Shown here piece after piece: positions 9,372 to 19,582 of a stretch of DNA of 64,000 nt. A program made the translations under genes and the position numbers. The notes beneath the pieces are model-generated. The model did not search any database. It was given only the letters and a program-made list of their open reading frames with translations, and was not told where the DNA came from. Position 1 is the first letter of the stretch; each line of letters starts with the position of its first letter. Source of the stretch: Nitrosopumilaceae archaeon (lineage in GTDB: Archaea; Thermoproteota; Nitrososphaeria; Nitrososphaerales; Nitrosopumilaceae); the NCBI GenBank assembly GCA_965208905.1, contig OZ242365.1:1376001-1440000 (forward strand), read 5' to 3'.

Positions 9372-11204
9372 TTACATTTTGTGTGGCGCATCAATACCCA
9401 GTACACTTAGAGCATTATACATTACAATATTAAATGCCTCTGTTAGGTATAGTCGTCCACTCTCATATTTGCCAGATCCTATTATTGTACATGACTCATA
9501 AAATGCATTAAATGCAACGGCCAAGTCATGACAGTATCGAGCAACCACCTTTGGAGAGAGATTCGACGTTGCATCACGTATTACTAAAGGATACATACTC
9601 AATAAACGCAGAAGCTCACGCTCTTTCTGCTCGTTTAGATTTGGCGTACAATTATGATCAAAATTCGGTACTCTCTCTAATATACGGCAGGCCCGCGCAT
9701 ACGAGTATAGTATGTAGGGTGCAGTATCTCCATCCAGACGAGTGGATGTATCCATATCAAATGTTATGGCGCGCCCTAAATCCTGACGGATCATCTCATA
9801 GCGCAGTGTGGCTACAGATAGTGCATGTGATATCAAATGTAGTGCGTGTGAGTCTAACTTTGGATTCCTCTTGGAGGTCTCATGATGTGCATTATCGTAT
9901 AGTGCTTTGTAGACTGCATCGACTCCTACGTATATGCCCCGGCGGCCCGACATCTGCGCCTGCCCATCGGTGTCTATACCCATACCAGTAGCCGTCTTTC
10001 TACTTAGTGTTACTGCCTCGTATCCTAGATGTATGTACTTTTTACTGCCCATATCTGCGAGTATATTTGTTATTATATTCTGTAGATTTGATTGACGACT
10101 GTCGATGACAGTTATCACCATATCGACATTAAATGACATGTCTGCACCATCTTGTAGAGTGGTCTGATACAGAGTACTGCCAGGCTGACCTTCATACTCT
10201 ACATACTTGAAGGGGTCTGGTATGATGCCTACCTTCCAGGCTGCATAAGGTATGTCCTTTGCCATATATGTGGCGGTACCATTGCTACGTACCAAGACTT
10301 TGTCGTTTATGACCCAGCATCCTGTATTTTCACCTTTGGTTTCGAATTTTGTTATCTTCATACTTTTTAGTCTATCAAATATTTCATGCCACATTCCAGA
10401 CAGCACTATGTGGGACTCAAAGTTTAGTATGTCATACGATACACCAAGATTCCAGCATGTCTCAAGCTGAGCGGCCAGCACCTGCCGGGTTATCTGTTCT
10501 GCCATGCGGGCATCATCTGTGTCACCCTGCTCTATATTGTATAGTATCCTGTTTCGTATATCTAACAGTTCCGGGTGTGTTTCATATTGTATGTTGGTGT
10601 TTACGTATACTGTATCACCACAATATGCATCAAACTTTACCCCCAATGGAGACTCCATATCATACTTGAGATGTTTGAAACCCAGTACTATGTCGGCCAC
10701 CTGTAGCCCTAAATCGTCTATATAATTTAGTACTTTGACTGTGTATCCTGCCTTCTTTAGTATGCGAGAGATAACATCTCCAACTATTACGTTTCGCGCA
10801 TGGCCTATATGTAGTGCCTTGTTGGGATTTACACTGGTATGCTCTACTATACAAGACTGATCTGATGTCATACTACCGTATCCGTCCTGCGTGGATGCGG
10901 TTAATATGATCTGGGTCAGCTTATCCCAGTCTGCATATGCATTGATATATCCCGAAGGGTGGGCCTGTATGGACTTTATCAAACCTTCGGATGATGTGTG
11001 GCAACCATCAACTATACGGGATGCTATCTGCGCAGGGCTTTGGCGTAATCTTTTGGATAACAGAAATGCCACGTTACTACTTACATCACCATAACCTCTC
11101 TGGGCAGGCTCTACTACAAACTCTACTTGTTCTTGCATTATGTTATTGTGTATGGAGTGCTGTATTACATCCTGAACCTGTTGTAGTAGTGTGTTGTACA
11201 CCAT
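9372..11204 (-). CDS. argS: Arginine--tRNA ligase
   Basis: VEHTSVNPNKALHIGHARN (HIGH motif), MSGRRG, C-terminal DALR-type anticodon domain ending LGIDAPHKM. Confidence 0.97.
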   Translation of the reverse strand: MVYNTLLQQVQDVIQHSIHNNIMQEQVEFVVEPAQRGYGDVSSNVAFLLSKRLRQSPAQIASRIVDGCHTSSEGLIKSIQAHPSGYINAYADWDKLTQIILTASTQDGYGSMTSDQSCIVEHTSVNPNKALHIGHARNVIVGDVISRILKKAGYTVKVLNYIDDLGLQVADIVLGFKHLKYDMESPLGVKFDAYCGDTVYVNTNIQYETHPELLDIRNRILYNIEQGDTDDARMAEQITRQVLAAQLETCWNLGVSYDILNFESHIVLSGMWHEIFDRLKSMKITKFETKGENTGCWVINDKVLVRSNGTATYMAKDIPYAAWKVGIIPDPFKYVEYEGQPGSTLYQTTLQDGADMSFNVDMVITVIDSRQSNLQNIITNILADMGSKKYIHLGYEAVTLSRKTATGMGIDTDGQAQMSGRRGIYVGVDAVYKALYDNAHHETSKRNPKLDSHALHLISHALSVATLRYEMIRQDLGRAITFDMDTSTRLDGDTAPYILYSYARACRILERVPNFDHNCTPNLNEQKERELLRLLSMYPLVIRDATSNLSPKVVARYCHDLAVAFNAFYESCTIIGSGKYESGRLYLTEAFNIVMYNALSVLGIDAPHKM

Positions 11205-11207
11205 TGT

Positions 11208-11894
11208 CTATACCATCCTGGGAGCCAATATCTGAAGAGCCTCCACAACGCCATCCCCTTTGGGGGATGATGTCACTATGTCTGCACACTCTTTTACGTC
11301 TGGTACTGCATTTGATACAGTTACGCTGATTCCTGCCTCCTTGAACATGGGTATATCTGTAATGCTATCTCCTATGGCTATGATGTTCTCAGAAGATATA
11401 TCGTATAATGACATAATCTCACGCACGCCACGACCCTTATCTATACCTGTTGAATTGATGTGATATGCATATCCACTATCTGACAGTTCGACATCTAAAT
11501 TGACATCACGTATTACATCTTGACCTTCTTTGATGTCGAATGTGCGGTTCAATACAACCTCGGTCATTCGTGGAAATACAGGCTTTTGCTGTACATTTGG
11601 TATATGGGATTGTAGTACTTTTAGCGCCTGCTGGCATTTGGTGATGTCGCCCAGCATAGTATGTGATGATGCCTCATGAGTGATACATCCTCCGTTTTCA
11701 CCCACCGCCACATCGCCAGTTCCACCAAATATGGATAGTATGTATGCCTCTATCGAAGATCTTCCGGTCACATATATGACGCGATGGCCTGATGCAGCAG
11801 CACTTCGTAGTGAGCTGAGCGCCCCTAGATGTATGATCCCATTACCATTCTCGGTTATGGTGCCATCGATATCTACCGTTAATACCCATGTCAA
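11208..11894 (-). CDS. Phosphoglycolate phosphatase (HAD, SPP-like)
   Basis: DIDGTIT, TGR, ENGG, DKG, IGDSITD. Confidence 0.9.
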   Translation of the reverse strand: MTWVLTVDIDGTITENGNGIIHLGALSSLRSAAASGHRVIYVTGRSSIEAYILSIFGGTGDVAVGENGGCITHEASSHTMLGDITKCQQALKVLQSHIPNVQQKPVFPRMTEVVLNRTFDIKEGQDVIRDVNLDVELSDSGYAYHINSTGIDKGRGVREIMSLYDISSENIIAIGDSITDIPMFKEAGISVTVSNAVPDVKECADIVTSSPKGDGVVEALQILAPRMV

Positions 11895-11901
11895 TTGTAC
11901 A

Positions 11902-14094
11902 CTATTCCTTGTCGATAAACTCTGAAGCTGCAGGTGGTTCTGGTGATATACCTTTTCGTTTTCGTATGGTGCTTATTGATTCGGCGAGGAGGGACTTTGG
12001 AACTTCAGACCATGCTTTAAAGTGAGTGTTCCACATGGCTTTGCCGGCCGTCTGTCCCCGCATCTCCTCAGATAATGTAAATGTCTCTGATGCAGGAATC
12101 TCGCCTATCACTATACTGGCAGGCCCTTTCTGTTGCATGTCAAGTACGCGACCACGCTTGCCGGACAGCACGGTGGCGACATTTCCCACCAAATCTGTGG
12201 GAACCCTCACCTCTATTGCCAGCATGGGCTCTAACAGTTTGGTTCCGGCAGTTATCAAGGCTCCCATACAGGCACGTCTTGACGCAGGCCCAAGTTGAGA
12301 TAGTCCGCGGTGAGCCGTATCTTCATGAGGCACAAAGTGTGTAAATATGAATTTGCAGTCACGCATCTGCTCCCTGCATAGGGGGCCCTCCCTCATGACC
12401 TCCTCAAAGCCCGAGTTTATCGAGTCGGTGGACTCTTGTACAAATTGGACACCCTTTGTACCATTTATCAGGACATTTCCTCTGGAATCAAACTTCATAA
12501 CTCTCTTTATGGTGTCGGTATCCCAGCCCTGAGCTTTTAATAGTGCTGCAACCTCCGCCTTGTCCTTCAGGTCACTGATCTCGCCGGTCCTAAGCATATC
12601 TGCAATAGCTGGCTCAAGAGGTTCTACACGCATAAATATTTTATTGTGTCGGTTGGGCGACTTTGACATTACTGCTTCACATTCCCCTTTTACCGCCTCA
12701 CGGTAGTTGATGAGTGGTTCAGATGTTACAATATCGACCTTGGCATCCTGTATGCGATGCGTAGCCACATCTAGGTGTAGTACGCCCATACCTGCAACTA
12801 TGGTCTCACCACTCTCCTCATCTATCTTTACGACTAGATTGGGATCTTCGATGGTCAGCTGTTTGAGTACATCCACTAGTTTGGGTAGGTCCTTGGGATG
12901 TTTGGGCTCCACGGCAACCTGCACGACAGGTTCGGAGACGTACTTTATTCCCTCAAAGACATGTATGTCCTTAATTGTCGATAATGTGTTTCCGGCACGT
13001 GCTTCTGTCATGCCCAAGAGGGCAGGTATATTTCCTGCTCCCAACTCGCCCACCTGCTCGCGCTGATTCCCCATGAAAAAGTTGACTGATTGTATACGAC
13101 CCGGTTTGCGAGCATCAATGATGTTCACCGTCTGACCGTCTTGTATTGTACCCGAGAATAGCCGCCCTATGGCTACTGGCCCAGCGGCCCTGTCTAGTAC
13201 CATGTTCACCACCATCATTATGGTGGGACCATCATCTCTGCACTCCAACAATGACTTCCCTATATCTGAGTCTAAATCTCCATGCCAAATCTTTGGTATA
13301 CGATACTTTTGAGCAATGTCTGGGGGCGGATGATGCTTTACCACCATTCCCAAGACTGCTTCAGCCAAAGGCGCCCTTGTAACTAATTCGTCCACACTCC
13401 CTGTTGTGTATGCTTCCATGACATCCTTGAATGTTATACCCTTCTCTTTCATGGCATCTACGTTGATGGCCCAACGATCTTTGGCCGAACCAAAGGTTAC
13501 GCTGGCATCCTGTATGGATACCTTCCAGGCTTGCCTGTACTCATCCTCGGCATATGTGTCGATTAACTGATTAAAGTTTGATACCACATTGGCTAGTGAC
13601 TCTTGCATCTTTTCAGGAGTGAGACGTAGTTCCTTGATGAGCCTGTCCACCTTGTTTATGAATAGAACCGGCTTTACGCGCTCTTCAAGTGCCATACGTG
13701 TAACCGTCTCTGTCTGAGTCATTATTCCCTCTACCGCATCACAGACCACCACGGCACCATCAATGGCCCGCAGACTACGTATGACCCTCCCACTAAAGTC
13801 GACGTGGCCTGGCGTGTCTATCATGTTTATTACGTACTCTTTGTCTTTTTGCGTAAAGTGTAATGTCACATTCGCCTGGTATATTGTAATACCCCGTTCC
13901 TGCTCCTCTTTGTCGTAGTCCATGGCTAAAGCCTTACCTGCTGTGGACGGGGCAATAATTCCCGAGTATGCCAGTAGACTGTCACTCATGGTGGTCTTAC
14001 CGTGGTCCACATGCGCAATTACGCCAAAGTTCCGGATCTGATCTTTCTGCTTGATTATTTTTAGCACCTGTTCGGTGGACTTGTACTTTGGCAT
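11902..14094 (-). CDS. fusA: Translation elongation factor EF-2
   Basis: AHVDHGKTT, RGITI, DTPGH, NKVD, HEDTAHRG diphthamide loop; start at MPKYKS. Confidence 0.98.
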   Translation of the reverse strand: MPKYKSTEQVLKIIKQKDQIRNFGVIAHVDHGKTTMSDSLLAYSGIIAPSTAGKALAMDYDKEEQERGITIYQANVTLHFTQKDKEYVINMIDTPGHVDFSGRVIRSLRAIDGAVVVCDAVEGIMTQTETVTRMALEERVKPVLFINKVDRLIKELRLTPEKMQESLANVVSNFNQLIDTYAEDEYRQAWKVSIQDASVTFGSAKDRWAINVDAMKEKGITFKDVMEAYTTGSVDELVTRAPLAEAVLGMVVKHHPPPDIAQKYRIPKIWHGDLDSDIGKSLLECRDDGPTIMMVVNMVLDRAAGPVAIGRLFSGTIQDGQTVNIIDARKPGRIQSVNFFMGNQREQVGELGAGNIPALLGMTEARAGNTLSTIKDIHVFEGIKYVSEPVVQVAVEPKHPKDLPKLVDVLKQLTIEDPNLVVKIDEESGETIVAGMGVLHLDVATHRIQDAKVDIVTSEPLINYREAVKGECEAVMSKSPNRHNKIFMRVEPLEPAIADMLRTGEISDLKDKAEVAALLKAQGWDTDTIKRVMKFDSRGNVLINGTKGVQFVQESTDSINSGFEEVMREGPLCREQMRDCKFIFTHFVPHEDTAHRGLSQLGPASRRACMGALITAGTKLLEPMLAIEVRVPTDLVGNVATVLSGKRGRVLDMQQKGPASIVIGEIPASETFTLSEEMRGQTAGKAMWNTHFKAWSEVPKSLLAESISTIRKRKGISPEPPAASEFIDKE

Positions 14095-15186
14095 GATTCT
14101 TCCATAAAAAATTGACATATTAAACCTTAGGTAATGCATTGTTGCAGACTCTACTGACTACTTTACGCCAACGATAGTACATACGACTGAAACTTGAATA
14201 TCTGGTTTGAAGGAATCTGATTGACCTTATAACATCGTATATGTGCGCAGACTTCTTGGTTACTGAATATCATACAGTTATGGTGACCTTTCTGTCACGC
14301 AATATCGCCCTTAGCGTGCCCTTGGCAAGCATACCCTTTTCTAAACCATTCATAGCCTCATGTAGCCATAACTATGTTATCCTCATTCCATCATTGAAAT
14401 CTACTATTTATTTTGAAAATTTATTCACAGTTAAATCTAGAGCATACTGAAAAAATAATTATTTTGTCTTATCGGACTCATCTATTTTATTTGGACGTAC
14501 GTCCATTTTTCCTATAATAACCCAACATTATTAAATTTCAATTTATTTTGACTAACCATATATGGCAGTTTTTTAACGATGTGGTCACTGTGAGTTGTAA
14601 ATACTAACTCGTTATTTTTTCAACAACCTGTACATTCCAAAGCTCACGGTTACATTATTTAACCTATATTTAATACAGGTAATAGTGCCGTAACGCCCTC
14701 AATTGATACCCCGGAACCCAAACGCAAGCTGTATCCAGACAATACTCAACATATGTGGTGTGAAAAAATATAGATGATCACCCAAACACATTGGGATGTC
14801 ACGCATGATTTTTTGGAATTATTGTAAAATTATACGCCTATAATAATCAGATTAACATCCACAATGTTACAACAAAAGTCATTGCATCCAAGCGTTAAGA
14901 GTAATTTATTTGGAAGGAGCCAGACATTATATGTGATTGTGTAAAAAAATACTACTTTTACACTCAACATGTAAAACAGCCAAATAAATATAGGTAATGC
15001 TCATTTTTATCGATTTTTTCAAATATATTTGATATTAATCTTTATCATAACATCTGTGTTTTATAACATGTCACATTTACGTGGACTAACCTCACCATTC
15101 ATACAGAATACCTAAAGAAATGTGATACCTTTGCAGCAAAATCAAAATAATCTAAAAGCATTTTTAGAGATTATACATACTGCTAT

Positions 15187-15750
15187 GTGATGGAGCGGTA
15201 CATGGTACATCTGCACAATGAAAGATATGACCGACATGATGCTACATCGATACTGCAACAGGCCCGAAGTCTGACTAATAATGATATCACAGTCCGGGAT
15301 GTACGAGTATCTAAAATGCACATCGAGATGGATATTACAATACCTGATGGTGCACTAAACGACACAATAATAGCAGTACGCCCCATTGGTGATATGCTTG
15401 ATGCGCATCGCATAATAAATGAGCAGGTCATCAAAGAAGAGGCCATACAGGATGGCATTGCATACTTTAATGCAGAACGCTTTTGGGAGTCTCACGAAGC
15501 CTTTGAGGCTGCATGGAAAGAATGCTTTGATGGAGAGAAAGATCTAGTACAGGGTATCATATTAGCAGCAGCAGGCTTTGTACATTACCAAAAGAGTCAG
15601 GATGTGATATGCCTCTCTATATTTAACAGGGCACTACAAAAACTATCCCCGTGTACAGGAGTATATCACAGTATGGATGTAGAACGATTAAAGGCCAAAC
15701 TATACGATATGGTCCAAAGCAAGAGCATTTCTACCTTTGAGCTTGTATAA
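15187..15750 (+). CDS. DUF309 domain protein
   Basis: FNAERFWESHEAFEAAW...QGIILAAAGFVH. Confidence 0.85.
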   Translation: MMERYMVHLHNERYDRHDATSILQQARSLTNNDITVRDVRVSKMHIEMDITIPDGALNDTIIAVRPIGDMLDAHRIINEQVIKEEAIQDGIAYFNAERFWESHEAFEAAWKECFDGEKDLVQGIILAAAGFVHYQKSQDVICLSIFNRALQKLSPCTGVYHSMDVERLKAKLYDMVQSKSISTFELV

Positions 15751-17008
15751 TGTCTATGGCGGTACTTAGTACTTGTGAACCCTCCAGTAATCCTATGCGA
15801 CCCTGCCGTGCAAAGGCCTCTGTCATACGGGAGGTTGAATCGATACGGGTCTTTCTGCCTGAAACTAGCAGTGGAACTGGATCATCACTGTGCGCCTTGT
15901 TTATACATGGTGTGGAGTGATCTGCTGACACTACGACGGCGACCTTCTCTATGTCTATTCTATCTAGGAGTGGCCCAAAAAAGTTCTTGTCTATATCTTG
16001 TATGTTTTTGGTCTTGCCATTAGCATCACCGTCATGACCATACACATCAGGTCCTTTTATGTGCACGTAATTGGCATTCTGTGTCTGCATGGCCTCTGCG
16101 GCAACCCGAGCCTTTTGTGTATAGTCGGTACTATCGCCGCCCTCAAAACCCTTCATGTTTAGCACCTTGGCTATTCCTTGCTCTACAGGCATGTCCACTA
16201 TACAAGAAAACTTCATCGAGTACTTTCTATCTATGGGTATTAGTACAGGATACTTACTACCTGCATCTCGAAGCAGTATACAACTAAGACTCTTTTGGTT
16301 GTTTTTCTGTCTATATGCATTGACCTTACTATTTTTCATTATTCGTATGGACTGTTCTGTGAACTCGTTGATCAACTGGGCACTATGGTTGGCCTCTTGT
16401 ACCATGGGAAGACATCTATCTATTCGTAGTACGTCCCCCACTGCCTTTGCAATTCCCATACCTCCGACGTTTGAGTATGCCGGATCTGTGTTGGTTATTC
16501 TACCTGATAGTGGTTGATCACTGCGCAGCACAACTGTGACTCTGTGACCTACTGTGGGTACCACCTTTACCGATGACTTTCCATCAGAGAATTGTATGTT
16601 GTCTTCTAGCTCCTTGGCGATGGCTACAGATTCCTCACTCTTTATTACACGACCTGCACGCCGGTCAGTTATTACTCCTGAATCATCCATTGTAGCAAAG
16701 TTTCCCCGTAGTGCCAAATCTCCATCCTGAAAGTCCAGTCCCACACCAATGGACTCTATAACTCCTCTTCCTACATAGTCTGCGTGTGAAAACTTGTAGC
16801 CTAACATGTTGAATACTGCAATATCTGACTCTGGCGCTATTCCACGTCCAACTGATATGACCTCGCCTAATGCACCATCTTTACATAGTTGGTCAAGGTT
16901 GGGTGTTGAAGCAGCCTCTAATGGGGTGATGCCGTCCAAATCCGGATGTGGAAGATCCCCCACACCATCTAACAGTACGTATATCATACGAATGTCCGAG
17001 TTTCCCAC
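15731..17008 (-). CDS. apgM: 2,3-bisphosphoglycerate-independent phosphoglycerate mutase
   Basis: LLDGVGD...TPLEAASTPNLD, PESD, GRG, HIKGPDVYGHDG, SADHSTP. Confidence 0.95.
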   Translation of the reverse strand: MGNSDIRMIYVLLDGVGDLPHPDLDGITPLEAASTPNLDQLCKDGALGEVISVGRGIAPESDIAVFNMLGYKFSHADYVGRGVIESIGVGLDFQDGDLALRGNFATMDDSGVITDRRAGRVIKSEESVAIAKELEDNIQFSDGKSSVKVVPTVGHRVTVVLRSDQPLSGRITNTDPAYSNVGGMGIAKAVGDVLRIDRCLPMVQEANHSAQLINEFTEQSIRIMKNSKVNAYRQKNNQKSLSCILLRDAGSKYPVLIPIDRKYSMKFSCIVDMPVEQGIAKVLNMKGFEGGDSTDYTQKARVAAEAMQTQNANYVHIKGPDVYGHDGDANGKTKNIQDIDKNFFGPLLDRIDIEKVAVVVSADHSTPCINKAHSDDPVPLLVSGRKTRIDSTSRMTEAFARQGRIGLLEGSQVLSTAIDIIQAQR

Positions 17009-17105
17009 ATGTGTGATAATTTTTAGTCACTATTTTAATCATATATGATGCGTCCTGCAAAGTCACAAAACTTGGCATTCCGTATATTCTAACTACTTTG
17101 TTTTT

Positions 17106-17243
17106 TTGGAACTGGAAAGAAACACTAACCTGCACAGCGTGGGAAATTGCTGATCTGGAGTGGAAATGAGGTCTATATAGTGGAGCGGAAACATAGGTCA
17201 GAGTAGAAATGGGAGTCAGGCTGGCGTTTCTTACCGGTTCCAA
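17106..17243. repeat. 27-bp imperfect inverted repeat enclosing four GAGYGGAAA-like repeats (candidate ncRNA or MITE)
   Basis: TTGGAACTGGAAAGAAACACTAACCTG (17106-17132) vs rc of 17217-17243 TTGGAACCGGTAAGAAACGCCAGCCTG, 22/27 identical. Confidence 0.7.
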
Positions 17244-17286
17244 CTGCACTCCTAAACTATTAATGGGCTAATCTTGTGGTATAATT

Positions 17287-18093
17287 ATGCTAAAGTCCGA
17301 ACCAACAAAGATATTCACCGATGTCAGTGAGGCCGAGATCACTCGGGCAATCGCCACTGAGTTTCATGAAGTACTGATGGATAGAAGCGTATCTGATGTT
17401 ATAATCATTGGGGCTGGGCCAGCAGGACTGACTGCTAGTCGTGAGCTTGCAAACATGGGCCTCCGGGTTTTGGTTATAGAACAGAATAACTATCTTGGAG
17501 GCGGGTTTTGGCTTGGTGGCTATATGATGAACCCCGTTACTGTTAGAGAACCTGCTCAAAAAGTCTGGGATGAATTAGGTGTACCATACAAAAAGGTGCG
17601 CGAAGGCCTATACCTTACTCCGGGACCACATGCTGTATCAAAATTGATAGCTGGCGCCTGTGATGCCGGTGTCAAATTCCTTAACTTGACAAAGTTTGAT
17701 GATCTTGTACTAAAGAATGGTCGTGTTGCTGGCATAGTGGTGAACTGGATGCCGGTCTCAGCCTTACCGCGAAACATCACATGCGTGGATCCTGTTGCTT
17801 TGGAGGCCAAGGTAATAATTGATGCTTCCGGTCACGATTCAGTGGCGGTAAAACGTCTGGTGGACCGTGGTCTGGTGGAGTGGAAGGGAATGAATCCCAT
17901 GTATGTAGATGAGGGTGAGGAGCATGTGGTGCACAAGACCGGCGAGATATTTCCAGGTCTTGTAATAGCTGGCATGTCTGTTACAGAGACGCATGGTCTG
18001 GCTCGCATGGGCCCCACATTTGGCTCCATGCTATTCTCGGGCAAGAAGGCTGCCGAGGTAGCTGCTGCCAAACTAAAGGAAGCCATACAGTGA
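17287..18093 (+). CDS. thi4: Sulfide-dependent ADP-thiazole synthase
   Basis: GAGPAG, LGGGFWLGG, CVDP, ASGHD, RMGPTFGSM. Confidence 0.95.
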   Translation: MLKSEPTKIFTDVSEAEITRAIATEFHEVLMDRSVSDVIIIGAGPAGLTASRELANMGLRVLVIEQNNYLGGGFWLGGYMMNPVTVREPAQKVWDELGVPYKKVREGLYLTPGPHAVSKLIAGACDAGVKFLNLTKFDDLVLKNGRVAGIVVNWMPVSALPRNITCVDPVALEAKVIIDASGHDSVAVKRLVDRGLVEWKGMNPMYVDEGEEHVVHKTGEIFPGLVIAGMSVTETHGLARMGPTFGSMLFSGKKAAEVAAAKLKEAIQ

Positions 18094-18782
18094 AGATATC
18101 CTGCATACGCCTGTATGGTTGTAGTGGCGTAAATACAGGTAAAATAGCATCATTTTTGACTGAAACATTTGGTGTACAATGTATAACATCACATTTGGCC
18201 TACGATACTAGTATGGCAGATTCGTGCGCCATAGGTGATATTTACAAGCCCCATCGGCTACATGATGTGGCAGCTCCAATCATATACAACGGATACAAGC
18301 TGTATGATGGTTATCATCTATTAGATGTGATGGGCGATGCTATACTGTATGATCCTGGCACATTTCATATAGTGTTTACCAACCTACTTGCCTGCACGTA
18401 TGATGACTCTGATAAGAGATATCATGCTAGGTCTATGATATCTGCCAACCCGTCTGTAATCTCCATACCTGGAATCATAGAGGCTCCAGCTAAAAGTCGT
18501 GAGTATTATGTCGATTTAATGACCAACAGTACTGATATGGCAAAGTATGACGGACAATTTCTTACGTGCGATGATCATCATGCACTAGAGCAGGTAATGT
18601 GCGGTTACTGCATGCAGTCTATATTCTACTATGAGTGCGGCGAGGCTTTTTGTAGCGACAAGAGCTGTCGATTGTATAATGCGCACTGGCAGGCAGACCT
18701 ATTACATTCACAGATAGAGTCTGGTGTGCTGTGCGCCCATCATGATGTACTATTACAAAGAATGAAAAGTGCCATCAACTAG
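18090..18782 (+). CDS. Putative metallopeptidase-like protein (DUF6775-like)
   Basis: RYHAR, GIIEAPAK, FC...CRLYNAHWQ; GTGA overlap with thi4. Confidence 0.65.
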   Translation: MKISCIRLYGCSGVNTGKIASFLTETFGVQCITSHLAYDTSMADSCAIGDIYKPHRLHDVAAPIIYNGYKLYDGYHLLDVMGDAILYDPGTFHIVFTNLLACTYDDSDKRYHARSMISANPSVISIPGIIEAPAKSREYYVDLMTNSTDMAKYDGQFLTCDDHHALEQVMCGYCMQSIFYYECGEAFCSDKSCRLYNAHWQADLLHSQIESGVLCAHHDVLLQRMKSAIN

Positions 18783-18928
18783 CTGTACAGTCAGCAGATT
18801 GACTTCATACAACATGTAAAAACTCCATCGACCTCTTCATATCGAACCTAAAAGGTGTACTGCTTTTGACATATGCCTCTATGATGACACTAGGCAAATA
18901 TATAATCCCCACTGAAATCATCAAACTT

Positions 18929-19582
18929 GTGAGGGTTGGGATAGTTGTCTTTCCGGGAAGCAACTGTGATCGAGACGTACATCATACTTTACAATATACC
19001 GGCCATGATCCCACATACATATGGCATGAGGATCACATACCCGAATATGTGGACTCTATAATACTGCCTGGCGGATTCTCGTTTGCAGACCGGTTGCGGG
19101 CGGGAGTGATAGCCTCCCACAGTCCGATAATATCAGATATACAAGAGATGGCCAAAGAGCACAAACCCATACTGGGAATATGTAACGGCTTTCAGATATT
19201 GGCCGAAGCTGGCCTACTACCAGGAGTCTTACTCCCTAACGGAAAGCAAGGGTTCATGTGTAAATGGACCAATATTATAACACATCAAAACAAGACACCG
19301 TTTACCCGGACCCTTGATAGGGGTACGCGCATACCAATACCGGTGGCCAATGGTGAGGGCAGGTACTATGTAGACGACCCAAAAAAACTAGAGAGGAACG
19401 GACAGATTGTCTTCAAATACGAGTACAACATAAACGGCTCAACAGATAATATAGCTGGTGTCTGTAATGAGGATGGCAATGTGGTGGGGCTGATGCCGCA
19501 TCCTGAGAGGGGTGCCGAACCAGACATAAATCCATATGATCACAGACCTGCAATGGCAATATTTGAGGGTATGGTGGCATAG
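18929..19582 (+). CDS. purQ: FGAM synthase glutaminase subunit
   Basis: VFPGSNCD, PGGFS, GICNGFQ, MPHPER; GTG start. Confidence 0.96.
   Translation: MRVGIVVFPGSNCDRDVHHTLQYTGHDPTYIWHEDHIPEYVDSIILPGGFSFADRLRAGVIASHSPIISDIQEMAKEHKPILGICNGFQILAEAGLLPGVLLPNGKQGFMCKWTNIITHQNKTPFTRTLDRGTRIPIPVANGEGRYYVDDPKKLERNGQIVFKYEYNINGSTDNIAGVCNEDGNVVGLMPHPERGAEPDINPYDHRPAMAIFEGMVA

Noticed and set aside
17100-17286. TPP riboswitch upstream of thi4
   Set aside because: No CTGAGA / CCTGA...GCG.AGGGA core found on either strand; the structure is reported separately as unexplained
18875-18915. purS relic (…RQIYNP…) upstream of purQ
   Set aside because: Match is too short, and AAATATATAA about 25 bp before the purQ GTG is better explained as a promoter; purS is simply not in this window
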